Shown here: in pieces, positions 50,648 through 63,050 of the stretch
Layout: every line of letters begins with the position of its first letter
Numbering within the stretch: the stretch's first letter is position 1
Source: Podarcis cretensis
Lineage: Eukaryota
NCBI GenBank assembly: GCA_951804945.1
Contig: OX638154.1
Location: 47,244,001 to 47,308,000 of the forward strand
Reading direction: 5' to 3'
DNA length: 64,000 nucleotides
Made by a program: the position numbers and the translations under genes
The notes under the pieces: model-generated
Told to the model about the DNA's origin: nothing
The model's database searches: none
What the model saw: only the letters and a program-made list of their open reading frames with translations

Positions 50648-52988
50648 TGATATTCAAAGGCATTTGTTGACTCACGTTGGATTCTACTTAAACAGTACAC
50701 ACATTACGTAGCAGTACAAAACAAAGGAAAGATAGAATTGTGCCATGCCCTTCAAATTATTCTGAACATATCAGCGTTTAATTTCTTTTGAGATGGTCTT
50801 GGGCTGTATGGTGTGAGCAGTTTTGCATACAAACCTGTGAGGAAATCCCATTAAACCACATCTGCTGTCTTGCTTTTACTGTCTTTTTGATTCTATGCCA
50901 AGGATAGGGAACCTGTGGCCCAGTTCATCTTGGTCCTACATACTGATTCTTCAGTGGAAAAGGAAAAAAGCAGGTGCTCCTTTACTCACAACTATTCTTG
51001 TGGGAAATGAGTATGCATTTCAGAGTCAGTTTCATTGCATCTGCATCTGCGTACAGGAGAAGGATGCCAGCTTTGTCTGCTATTTTTTCATGGGCCATGG
51101 ATATTGCTTTTCCTGAAGACTGCAGTTTTCACAGATGTAAAAATCAAGGTTGACAGTCAGAATGGTTTCACGGTGGTAGGATTGTTTCAAATGCTTCTCA
51201 ATTGTATAATTCGGGTAAATAGTTCCACGATGTTTTGCTGTGGGCTGCAGTTTAGTAACAGTTGTAAACTTGAAACATGCTCTACACCTGAAGGAGTGTC
51301 ACTTTTTGATGAAAATGTTCACATCATCATCTTTTGGACCGTGCTTGATGAACTTGGAAGCTGTTTTCGTAACACCCTTACACCCTCAGGCTCCATCCAA
51401 CACTGTTGACTTAGACATAGGGCCTTCAGCATCCCTGCCAGTGTGAGCTTCCCAATTTCTGCTGGTTGCTGATGGGAGCAGGAACATATGACAGTGTTGG
51501 GGTGCAACAACAAGCTTTGCACAGGCACATTCCTGAAGTTCATCAAGCAGGTGAGAACATAGCTGCAAATATTGTATTGGCAAGTGGTGCATGAGGTACA
51601 TTGGCCAGCATAGCTGCTATAGGTGGTGGTAAACTGTTGGAGTAACCAGCATGAGCAGGGAATTTAGCTTTGCACCAGTAGTTTGGGATTGATTCCCCAA
51701 CCCCTTCATTCTGGTGCAAAGCAGTACGACAATAGACTTGGCAAAATGAACTTTTAGGTTGGAAGGATATGCAAAAGATTAGCAATTGAGGTGACTGAAC
51801 ATTTCCCCCCTTTTGTCCCCATCTAAACATCCCTATAGACGCACATCTTGTACTTATCCTGAAAAGCAATAAACTCTTTTTGAAGCATGTGGTAGAAACA
51901 GCTATAGTTGTGTGTAGACTGTGTAGAAAAACAAGTACTCAGTTTCCATTGATTCATGAATAAAATGCTGTGAGCAAACAGGCATGAGTCAGTTTACACA
52001 TACTTATTGAGTGGCACTGCTATCACTGGTTCCTTGGACACATTTCCTAAATCTATAATGTCCCCAAAAGGAAGCAAAACATAGAGAGACATTATAGAGA
52101 TATAGAATGTCTATCTCCATCATTTCCCCTCCCAGACCAACAAATGCGTGGACCTTGTTCTCTCGATCTCCTCCCTCTTCGTCTTTCATTCTGGTAAGAT
52201 GAAAGTCAGCAACTGATGAGGAAGATAATCACAGCTACTGCCTCTCTTCACACATTCCTTTTTGCATATGGCAAATGCTTTTATGACGAATAAATTCTCT
52301 AGCACGTCTAAATTTTGCAAGATGCTTTATGGTGATTATCTCGTGTATCCTCGCAGCAGCACTATGGTGTGATTGTTGATATTCTCACCTTATAAATAGG
52401 AGAATGAGAGAGAGAGAGACTTGCCCAAGGCTATGCAGAGAGTTTCTTGTTGTTGTTTTTCTGGATTCAGATCTCTGCCAGCTCCATATACTGTCTCGTA
52501 GACTGCTCTGCTAGCGCCAGTGTCCCATGTCACTCAGTTAACAGTAGCATAACTGCGCAGTGCTAGCAGAACCACTACGACCTCTGTTTTCCCTCAGGTA
52601 AAGACACACACACCCATCTTCCTTGATTGCTGCTTAGCAGTGACAGCAGGAAAATTCTGCCTCTTACCTCCCACACCAGAAAGGGAAAACACATGCTAGG
52701 TTCGCAGCCTAGCAATGCAGAACTGCTCAGAGCTTTCAAAGGGATTTCCATTTGTGTACTGCCTGCTCCCAGTTCAGTCCTCCTTCAGAAATGAGCACAG
52801 CAATTAATAAATCACTTCACACCTCCTTCCTTTTCTTTCTTTTGACACTCCACACAGTTCTCCAGCAACAGCCTCCCGGAGGCCAGCAGAAGCAAACACC
52901 CCACCACCTGCATGTAAATTAATTACCTTTAGCTTCTGCTCTCCCCCCTGTCTTGCCAGGAATAGTGGCCAGCTATACTTAGAGCAAG

Positions 52989-53351
52989 AGACGTGGGTGG
53001 CGCTCTGGGTTAAACCACAGAGCATAGGGCTTGCCGATCAGAAGGTTGGCGGTTCGAATCCCCACGATGGAGTGAGCTCCCGTTGCTCGGTCCCTGCTCC
53101 TGCCAACCTAGCAATTTGAAAGCACGTCAAAGTGCAAGTAGATAAATAGGTACCACTCTGGTGGGAAGGTAAACGGCATTTCCGTGCACTGCTCTGGTTC
53201 GTCAGAAGCAGCTTAGTCATGCTGGCCACATGACCCGGAAGCTGTCTGCGGACAAATGCCAGTTCCCTTAGCCAATAAAGTGAGTTGAGCGCCGCAACCC
53301 CAGAGTCGGCCACGACTGGACCTAATGGTCAGGGTTCCCTTTACCTTTACT
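52989..53351 (+). mobile_element. Full-length Sauria SINE
   Basis: gacgtgggtggcgctctgggttaaacc head, ggttcgaatccc B box, (ACCTTT)n tail; 15-bp TSD TATACTTAGAGCAAG (52974-52988 / 53352-53366). Confidence 0.93.
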
Positions 53352-54194
53352 TATACTTAGAGCAAGATTCATCTTTCTGCTTTACAGACATGCACACACA
53401 CATGCCACCAATTTGTCAACCCGTCACTTATCCCTTTTTTGCCCCAGAATTGCTTCTTACTCAGCCTTTTCTATCAGTTCTCCATTGTTCTCTCACAAGC
53501 CCTCTTCAGCACTGAGCCAAAGGCCTATCTAGTCCTGCCTCCTGTTCTCATAGTGGCCAACCAGATGCCTAATGGGGCATCTGAACATGACAGCAACAGC
53601 ACTCTACCCAGCTGTGATTCCCAGCAACTCATATTCAGAAGCATTTGGCCTTCAGCAGTGGGAGGAGGGCATAGACCTCATATAGTCATTGATAGCTTTA
53701 TCCTTCGTGAATTTGTCCGATTCTCTTTGAATGCCATCCATGTTGCTGGCCACCCCTACACCTTGTTGGAGTAAATTCCGTAACTTACCTACGCAGGGTC
53801 TGACATCTGTGTTAAAGCCTTACATGGTGGTGGGAGGAGAGTGAGGATGAGCCCATTGACTGTGCCCCTTCCATCGAATCTACATTTCCAGCTTCAGTGC
53901 TTTTCACAAGTTAGAAAGGGAACTTCTGCAGCCTACTTGTGTAGGATCCCCATGAGAATTAGAAGCCTGGAATAAGTTCATTTCCGCAACACATAGAAGG
54001 TGATTCACAAGTTCTGTTCCCAATACACAGAAGGCTATGAAGCCAATGACAGGGAGGGGATGGAGTCAATGGGCTTATTTGTGCTCCTCTACATGCAAGC
54101 AATGGTAATTGGGGTGTTGAGTAGAATGACTGACCAAGGGCTACAGTTTTTACGCCCTTCCTTCTCTTCTCCCACATAAACGCACCCCTCTTAC

Positions 54195-54349
54195 CTGTGG
54201 CGGAGGAGGGGGTGGGGGGTGGGTCACCCCGGGTGCCAGCCTGGGGGGTGACATTGCCGCAGGCGGGCGCCTCTCCCTTGGGATGCTCACATGTGCGGAA
54301 TGCCATGCCCCCGCCGCCCCGGGTACTGAAGCTCCTTCCTCTGCAACTG
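54195..54349. mobile_element. GC-rich hAT-like MITE
   Basis: ctgtggcggagga...ttcctctgcaactg imperfect inverted termini; degenerate 8-bp flanks CCTCTTAC/CCAATTAC. Confidence 0.55.
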
Positions 54350-57104
54350 CCAATTACAACTAGTCAAGTTGACTGCACTGCCCAGGTTCTCCATCTCATG
54401 CCCCATTCTTTCTGTCTTTGCTCCCCTCGTGTTCTTTCCTTAGTACAGCAGTATGCAGTTTGGTTTATTGGTCAGTAATATTGTAAGACATATATCAGAT
54501 GCATTTGCTCACCCGCCCCCCTCCAGCAATCCATAGTAGGGTTCCCTATGCTCCAGGGACATGTTATTTAGTGCACAGAGGATATATAAATGACAATAAC
54601 TGAAAACAGAGAGAGAATCTTAGGTTTTTCTATTGAAATTATGGGCATAACACTATTAAGAACATGATTCAGAGTTTATGAACGCATTATTTATATTGAT
54701 TTATCCCCAGAGCCGTCAAGACTCCTTGAACATAATTAGGCTTGACACATCCAATGCTGGAATTAAATGTTGATATCATATAATGAAAATTACATGCTTT
54801 GGATTTTCTGTGCTGCGGCAAAGCACTAAAACAAATACCAACATCTGCATAGTATGCCCTGCATGGCCTATTAATTAGGTACTGCAACCAATCAAACCAT
54901 TTATGACAGAGACAGGAAGGGCCTGTCTGATCCCCAAGAAAGGGAATGACTGGAGGGAGAGTGGAAACACAAAGCATCATAAAAGGAAAGGTGATGCTCA
55001 TAGCAAATGGACATGGACTTAATATTGTTTCATAAAAGGTTGCATTCCTATAACCCAAGATCTGTTCTGTCCCACCTGTTTCTAATTTCCTCTCCTACAA
55101 TTTGTATATGCAGTCTTTATACAATCACCCTGTTCCAGCAAAAAAAAGATCCCCAATCCATGTGATGGTTGTGGACCCATGGCAGGGTTCACCTAACGAG
55201 TCTCATGAGGGTCAGAAGAATGAGGGGATCAGGCAAGCTGCCAAGCTAGAACTGTTGGGATGCCCACCATAGCGCAACATTGAATTCCACCCTTTTATGT
55301 TAATTCAGACCTTCACAGAATCTTATGGATACATCTGTGGGATGGAACTACTAGGATGTGTAGCCCCACTGAGAGCCACTCAACATATTTAACATATGTC
55401 TTTGAAGGAGAGAAGGCTCCTTACAGTTTTCTTCTCCTGTTGGTGAACAGAACACTTCTTTCTGCTACAGAAAAGCTGCACCTATTCTGAACACATACAT
55501 ACTCTTTACAATTATTCTGTTTATCTTGGTAACATTTTGTGGCCATGAGTTGCATCCATTAATAGTATCTGGTATCAGTGCACAACCCTGTGTATTTTAC
55601 TCCTCCTACCAGTTAACGGTGCCATTTTCTTATGAAAGCCGAGCAAGAAAGAGCTCTTTTGCAAGAAGGAGCTCATTTATAATAGCATGTGGCCTATCAG
55701 TCCTTTCTCCCATACCATTTAAGGATGACACATTCAAATCTCTTTGATTTCTTGCATCTCCACCTCCCCCAGATTCTTTAATCTATGGACTCATCCTTCT
55801 TTGAAGAAAATACTGCTTGTCTCCTCATCTTCTTTGAATAGTGTCTTCAATAGTGTCACGATCTCTCCTTTATAGTTTAATTGTTTCATTACATTCCTTC
55901 ATGATTACATGATATTTAACACAAGAAATGCACTACAGAGGGGAAAGGTACATTCTATAATAGCCCGGAGCCAAGAATATGAAGCACCAGATATCACAGC
56001 AGATTTATCTCATGCACTTTCCCTATTGGAGCTATATTTACTTGACTGAATGTTGGATGTTTCTCCTTGGGGAGCATTAATCTCATAGATCTATGGAGTG
56101 GAGCCATATAATATTAACTGTCATGTAACATGGTGGATCTACTGCATAGGGATGCTAAGTTGCTCATTGATAAAGCTCTGGTCTGTTATTTGGGATACAC
56201 AAGGAGATTGTCATCTCAGCAATATTAATGTCTTGCCTATCACCTTAAATCCCAGTAGCCATCTTACATTAGCATAACTCAACTCTCCTATCTGTGCGGC
56301 ATTTCCTAATGGAGATTATGCCACAGCAAAGTCCTGTACCGCTCGGCACCAGCGCTGCAGGGTACATCTGTATGGCGGCAGTATGAAAACGAATTAACTT
56401 GTGGACTGTGTTATCTAGCCTTGGTGTGCAGAATTTCTTTCAGCTGGCCTAGTATCTCGCCATCATAGCATTTTAGAAATGCATTTCTCCTCAAAGCTTC
56501 CTCCAACAAAAGCTCAGGGATGTTTAGGGTGCATCCACATCACAGATTTCGACATGAGATCAGTTTAGCACTGCAGTGCTAATGTGAAAGGAGCAAAACA
56601 TGTCTAGTAAGAGTCCCTCACCCAAACAAAGCACTCTGGAAACCAGAAACTTCTGTATGCTGCATGACCAGTGCTCATATCTAGCTTTGATAGGCACAGG
56701 TTTGGATTTAAGGGGTGGTGGCTGCCTGGGGTGCCAGGCTTGAGGTGCCTGTTATAATCCCTAACAGCCTTCCCCAATCTGGTGCCCTCCTGATGGGTTC
56801 CATTACAAGTCCCACCAGCTCCAACCAACTTGGCCACAGTTGGGTGCAGTAATGCTTCCGAATACCAGTTGCTGGAAGCCACAGGAGGAGAGAGTGCTCT
56901 TGTGCCCATGGGCATCTGGTTGGCAACTGTGAGAACAGAATGCTGGACTAAATGAGCCATTGGCCTGACCCAGCAAGCTCTTTTTATTTTCTTATAGAAG
57001 TTGTCGGGCACAACATCTAGAAGGCCCTAGGTTGAGGAAGCCTGGATTATAGTAGCTACTCAACCAGCTGAAATATATGGTACAAATAGTTAACCTTACC
57101 TAGG

Positions 57105-57665
57105 AAAATTGGCAACACTGGCAACAGCAGCCAAATGGAAGACTGAATTGGGACTTACATTGCAGGACTGGCTTGCCAGAGTCTGGGAGGTAACTTTATT
57201 GGAGAGGTTAGATGGGAGGTTTAGAGGTCAGGTTAAGAAAAATAAGTTTTAAAGTACTTGGTTTATGTTTCTATTAAAATAAAAAAATCCTTCCAGTAGC
57301 ACCTTAGAGACCAACTAAGTGCATGCACACAAAAGCTCATAACAATAACAAACTTAGTTGGTCTCAAAGGTGCTACTGGAAGGATTTTTTTTTTTTTTGT
57401 TTCGACTACGGCAGACCAACACGGCTACCAACCTGTAACTAGAACTGTGTTTCTATTAATAAATCTGCCTTCCTAATCAAACTACCTGTGACACATGTAT
57501 TGTTATCGAGAGTTCTGATCCATGGATAAGCTGTAACCCTGTATGTTTTTGCACTTTCCTTTTCTCACCATCTGTACTCCATGTTTTATATTGATTTCTT
57601 TTTCTTCATTGTTTATTGAAAATCAATAACATACATATGCCATAAAAAGGAAAAGAAAAGAAAAG
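57105..57665 (+). mobile_element. Old L1/Tx1-like 3' end, interrupted by a Penelope-type palindrome
   Basis: LATLATAAKWKTELGLTLQDWLARVWEVTLLERL resembles the ORF2 C-terminal W motifs; T-rich UTR and A-rich tail near 57640. Confidence 0.55.
57278..57447. mobile_element. Penelope-like-element-derived inverted repeat
   Basis: About 40-bp stem tccttccagtagcaccttagagaccaactaagt / acttagttggtctcaaaggtgctactggaagga, then gcagaccaacacggctacc; flanked by the 12-bp direct repeat TGTTTCTATTAA (57266-57277 / 57448-57459). Confidence 0.75.
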
Positions 57666-58278
57666 CCGACAACACCTTTATGGCCATCATTTTCTTTCTT
57701 TTGTAAAATTCACAGGAAAATTGGCAGTATGACTGCTGACGCAACAAACAACGTGCAAGAGAGTATTTGTGATCCTATCCATGCATACAAGCATGTATGG
57801 CTGGGATAAATCATCCATTTCAAATAATATTAATTAATTAATTAATTTCAATTAATTTCATTAGAATTGTATACTGCTCTTCATCTATAGATCCCAGGGT
57901 GGTTGACAACTTAAAAATACAAGATTAAAAAAACACATAATAAAAACAAAACAAAACAAAACAAAAACTTCCCTCCCCCCCATCTCCTCCCACAACCTCA
58001 TTTAAAAGGGTATAGGATGTTAATCAGACAAAGGTGTATAATGAAGGCGCCAGCTGAACCTCCCCAAGGAGAGCATTCCACAAAAAGAAATCAAGCAGCA
58101 AAGTCATATTCTAAAGTCGACCAAATGGAGGGAGCACCGCAGATACTTCTTGATGGGTGTTATTTGATCTAGGGCCACCTATGGAAAGTGGGTGGGAAGA
58201 CTTTCCAGTGCAGTGAGCAGCTTGTCTTGTATTCCCATATAAAGCTACCAGGTTCACGAACATGCTTAGGTCTATAGC

Positions 58279-58912
58279 TGTGCTGGTCCTGAGGGTTAAC
58301 CGTGCGGCGAGGTCTGAGTCCAGTCCGAGGTTGAGGGTGTGGTATGGAGGCTGTCCGTCAAAGCTAAAGCTGGGTCCAAGGCAGGGAGTCGGGAGAGGTC
58401 AGGAACTCTGGCAGAAGAGCAGGACAGGGTGCAGGCAACAATGTTGGTTAGGTTGGACAGGTTGAACAGGTTACCAACAATGTTGCTCCTGCAACCTGGG
58501 ACTGGGGCTGGCTGGCTTTTATCTGCCCCGAGGCATAGGGCGGCCCTGGTCCACAGGTGACTCGCCTTTCCTGGCCTGGAGGCGAGCACTCCTCCTGATG
58601 GAACTTAGTTCCCTCCGCCTCTCTGCCCTGAGCCTCTGCAGCTCAGGAGAGACTGGTGGGTTACCGGACCTAGAGGCAACCTCAGCTTCCCCTGACAGGG
58701 CTGAGAGTGGAGCACCTGCAGGCAATGGGTCCTCCATCACCTCAGGAGCCAGAGCAGACTCAGCTGGTGCCTGCACCTGAGGGTCCAGCACAGGTGAGGA
58801 CACTTCAGGCTCAAGCCCCAGCCCCAGCTCAGCTGGTTCTGGAGGCGGGGACTCCTCTGCAGGCTGGGATTCCTCAGGTTCAGCCTCCGAGTCTGAATCC
58901 CAGGCCATCACA
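58279..58912 (-). mobile_element. Solo LTR (634 bp) carrying an intact 130-codon ORF
   Basis: TGTGATGG...CCAGCACA termini on the minus strand; perfect 5-bp TSD ATAGC (58274-58278 / 58913-58917). Confidence 0.9.
58519..58911 (-). CDS. LTR-encoded acidic/Pro-rich peptide with a basic RRSARL motif (putative Pol/integrase C-terminal tail; expression unknown)
   Basis: (V)MAWDSDSEAEPEESQPAEESPPPEP...PVSPELQRLRAERRRELSSIRRSARLQARKG; the frame starts at LTR nucleotide 2. Confidence 0.45.
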   Translation of the reverse strand: MMAWDSDSEAEPEESQPAEESPPPEPAELGLGLEPEVSSPVLDPQVQAPAESALAPEVMEDPLPAGAPLSALSGEAEVASRSGNPPVSPELQRLRAERRRELSSIRRSARLQARKGESPVDQGRPMPRGR

Positions 58913-59683
58913 ATAGCCCTTTGCAGGCATTACATCTGGGGGTGAAGTAAACGCACATCCCTGTCAACTGCCATGGAAAAAATGGAACATCCTGTTTTTT
59001 CTCACAAGAGGACAGCGGCCAAAATGGCCATCACAATTTTGGGCTGCACTTTTTCAGGCATGGTGCCCGCAAACACACATTATGGGCCACTGTGCAAGAT
59101 CACTACTCTGGTCTTTGCATAGGTACAGACTCGTGCAGGAGTGTGCAGCTGGAAGATGGTGTCCTGGTTTTGGTTTGCTTCATATCTGAAGGATATGGAC
59201 ACATGAGGAGGGCAGTGGTGATGAGTGCAGTAGTGCCATTCTCCCTCTTCCCCTGCTACCTCATGGGGAGTGATTTTGCAGTGGGAAGACCTCTGTACTT
59301 GTAAAAACTCTTCATGATTTTTAGAGCCCTGGAAAACCAGAGTTGGGCCATGATTTGACTCAAGGGTTTCCTTTGTCTAAGAGCGACACTCAGCCTTCCC
59401 CAACCCGGTCCCCTCTAGTTGCTTTGGATAACAACTCCCATCAGCCCCAGCCAGCAGCCATGCTGGAAGTTGTAGTCCAAAACATCTGGCTTTATTAGAT
59501 GGCATCTGACTTTCTGAGAAACTGCTTGGGGGGGGGGGAATCATCTTGTACTTAGAAATTTTATTGCCCTTATGTAGATTTTGGATTTCTTTTGTGGGCC
59601 AACATGACTACTTTAGCTCTTTTTTTGTGACTTGGAGCATACAAAATGTTTATGAAGGCCTTCCTCCCTTGATCTTCATCACA

Positions 59684-59727
59684 TATCTTACTCGGCTATG
59701 AGTGATTGCCAAAGAAGAAGAAGAAGA
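59684..59727 (+). mobile_element. 44-bp extreme 3' tip of a non-LTR element, (GAA)n tail, probably RTE clade
   Basis: tatcttactcggctatgagtgattgccaaa(gaa)n between copies of the 12-bp TSD ATCTTCATCACA (59672-59683 / 59728-59739). Confidence 0.8.
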
Positions 59728-61099
59728 ATCTTCATCACAATCTTTGCTAAGTCGTTAGGAAAGACTGTGCACATAGAAGAGCTTGGGCAGGGGGAATCAT
59801 GAAGATGTTGCTTACTGTAGCCTGCAGAGACTGTCATTATTGCCCTCATAAGGTTGAGGTCAAACACAGCTGACTTGGCAGTCTTAATGTTACACATAAG
59901 TACTGAATATATGCACAGCTCAAAAGGCCCATAGGGAGGGAGGCTGGAGATTAATAAACTGATATTAGGGAGTAATTCAATTATGTGCTTCCAATCTTGT
60001 GGGCAAAGATTGCTCAAGTTATTCTTCCACTTGGGATGGACTTTGTAAAATAATAATAAAAAAGACAATGAAGCTTGGTTGAATCATTGTTAAAATGGGC
60101 CTTCTTTTAGCCTTTTTTGGATGGCTGAATGATTTATATCGTGTCTGAAGGACACGAAGCCAAACAACCACCTCCCTGTAGCATCCTGAGTCATATCTAC
60201 CATGTGGGATGTGACAGGGTTAAACATCCTCTTGAAAAATATATCTTGGCTTGAATAGCACTCTATAATTATTTGACTTCCACAATCCTATTAGCAATAA
60301 GCCAGCCTCTCAGCTAGAACCATCACTCACTTTGCACCCAGGTTTGCCTTGCGTCCCACGCAGTGACTTGCTGTTATCTCACAGTTTATTACTGTAAATT
60401 ATTAATGTTAGAGATGCTGACACAACAGATGGAGGATGGGGAGGAAATTTATATCTATCAGACCAATGAATTCCCACATTTCTATCTCTGCTTTGCTGTG
60501 TCACCTCTTTTTGGCATTTTGCAGACAGCGATTTCATCCTTGGCCTGCTTTTCACTATCCCACTTATGTCTAATATTGCCTGAGGCAAGTGTAGAAATTC
60601 TAAAACAAAGTAAAAAAAAAAAAAGTTCATTCAGTAAGTGAGAATGGCTTGTTCAGCTGTGTGTACTAACCATGTTCAAAACCTGACTCAAGTGCCACCA
60701 GACTCTCATCACATGTTATATTGGGCTTTTCCAGCAGGGCTGGCTCCAGGATTTTCCCGACCCTCATTCAGCAGAGAAGCAGCGGAGCCCCTTTGGCACT
60801 GCATCTTTAACTTCTAATCCCACCCCTTCCCTCTGTGACCCATCCCCTTTGACCTTTCCCTCTCTACACTAAAACAAATCTTATAAAATAGGAATTTGAA
60901 GTGATGTGCTATATGGATTGGATAGAAACTTTGCCACAAAAGCACAATAAAAGACTTTGCATTGTTGGTGGTGTTTTCCTAGCCCATTTGGTTATCTCAG
61001 AAGTTCTTGTGGGAAATTAGGAAGAGAGGTCACTGATGCTATCATTGAACTAGATTCTTTCATATTTCTCCTTGTGTCCACCTAAAAACTTCATTATGC

Positions 61100-61125
61100 G
61101 CTCTCTCTCTCTCTCTCTCTCTCTC
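61100..61125. repeat. (CT)n microsatellite
   Basis: Direct reading of the tandem repeat. Confidence 0.9.
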
Positions 61126-62342
61126 ACCTCCAACCCAGCTCCAAGTTGATTTTACCTGGAGTCAATGATGATGTTATTGCACAGGACACAAAGCTTTTCT
61201 TCCCTTCCAGTGCTTCCAGAGAGATCACTCATGGACCCACCATGATCAAACAGCTCCCTGCAACACACACTTATTTCTCAATGCATCTCCTTAAACCTGA
61301 CTTAGAAACCAGCTTTGTTGGGTTTCAACTAAGCCACAGTTTTTAGGAGAATGCTAAGATTCCTTTTCACATATTCCTGAATGTGTACATATTCAGTGTG
61401 CTATGGGGCAGCATCTTCCCATCTCTTGTCCCAGACATGGTTCACCCCCATCCACTCTGTTTGCTAAGCTGGGTTCAGCTCCACCTGCGCCATCTCCTGG
61501 GGTCACCAACCCATTGACCCCATGCACAAATGCACCCACAGCAAAATTTCTAAATTAAAGTCCATGCATTATTGGACTTTGTAGCCTCCTAGCATTGACC
61601 CAAATGCACCCATGTGCCATAAATCCAAGAATCATAAGCAAGCTGGGACTAGGGGAGTATGGTTCAGATGAGAACAAACCAGGACAGGGCCAGAAGGCCC
61701 TATTGCCCTACTTGTGTTGGGAATAAACACACAGGTATACATATGAAAGCCACTAAACAAACATGGATTGCTATACTCATTCTCCCTGACAGTGTGCAAT
61801 GATCAACTTTTTCTTATTTATAAAGACATGTTTACAAAATGCAAGGCCACACATGCAGCCTGAACCTGTACAATCTATCCACAGTCTGTGAGAATTAGAC
61901 CTACATATCTGCTGCTGGCAAAGGATCTACGATGGATGCCCACAATACCCAGATCCTATTAGCTTGAAGGAAACATACTTAGATCTCAGTCTGATTGTTC
62001 GCATTATTCTGGGGCAGGCACCTGAAACATCAAAGCAGACCACCTCAGCTAATCCCTTTCAGTCATCCGGTAGGCTCCAGATGTGCAAATCCATGTCACT
62101 GACTTCCAGGTTGCATGTCATACAAACGCATTTAGAATCTGGAGGAAGAGTGGATTCACAGTTCATGCCTGCAAGATAACAGCAGAGGAATGAAAGCTAC
62201 CCTTCCAGCTCTATGCCTCTCTGAAAGGACCGTCAACACAATCATTTTGATGGAGTGCACAGATAAACTGTCTGTATTGTAAGGAGAGAGAAGCTGTACA
62301 GTGGCGAAGCTTTGCTGCAACATAAATAAATCAAGAGCCTAC

Positions 62343-62363
62343 CTTTGATCTTCCTCATGTAAA
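62343..62363 (-). other. Candidate 21-nt microexon of an unidentified host gene
   Basis: Minus strand: tgctaccatcttttctttctttctttttttAG|TTTACATGAGGAAGATCAAAG|GTaggc; frame-preserving, open as (x)YMRKIK(x) or (x)LHEEDQ(x). Confidence 0.4.
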
Positions 62364-63050
62364 CTAAAAAAAGAAAGAAAGAAAAGATGGTAGCACAGCG
62401 GGTCTGACCAAGTTCATCTCTGTACATATAGCAAGTGCTTACCAGGAAAGGGAAGTGCAGCACTTGTAGTTTTCTTTCTCTTTATGTAGACTGCCCTCTG
62501 TGTAACTTCAAGAGGACTCTTGCTCACAAGGCTGCTATCAGGCCAAATGCATAAAATAGTTTCAGAGCACATTGCAAATTAAAAGCAATAAACATGATAA
62601 GTAATAATAGAATTGTGGGTGTGAGAAGCAACAGCTACAAATTGCAGCTACAAATTAGGCTGGAGATCAGAATATTTTAAAGGGGGGGGATTAAAGCTAG
62701 AAAAATCCTGGTATAGCCTCCCTAAAATAATTGTGGGAACAAATAACTTCACGGGGTTGAAAACAAAGTCAGAATGATGAATAGTGCTTATTGTGCAAGT
62801 ACTATTCTGAATAGCGCTCCACTGAGGTCACTAAGGGGATGCACCCCACACATAAGGGTTGTTGCTTTCCAAGGCAGGGGCAGGGTGGAGAGATATGTTG
62901 TTTCTTTGCAACATTGGGAACTGCCACAGCCAGGAATAAGAAGCTGGTTGTCATGGGCTGGGCCCAGAAATCTTTCTGCTCAAGGCAAAGGAGAAAAGCG
63001 TGCTCTCCTCCCTTCCGCATACAGAAGCTGACTCAACTGAGAATTGGATA

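Noticed and set aside
51035-51870. Cluster of 70-124 aa ORFs on both strands
   Set aside because: No recognisable domain, stops in all frames, no consistent splice signals.
52580-52603. AG|GT recursive-splice-like motif (also minus strand near 4281 and 19629)
   Set aside because: Occur on both strands at a frequency compatible with chance; no transcript evidence.
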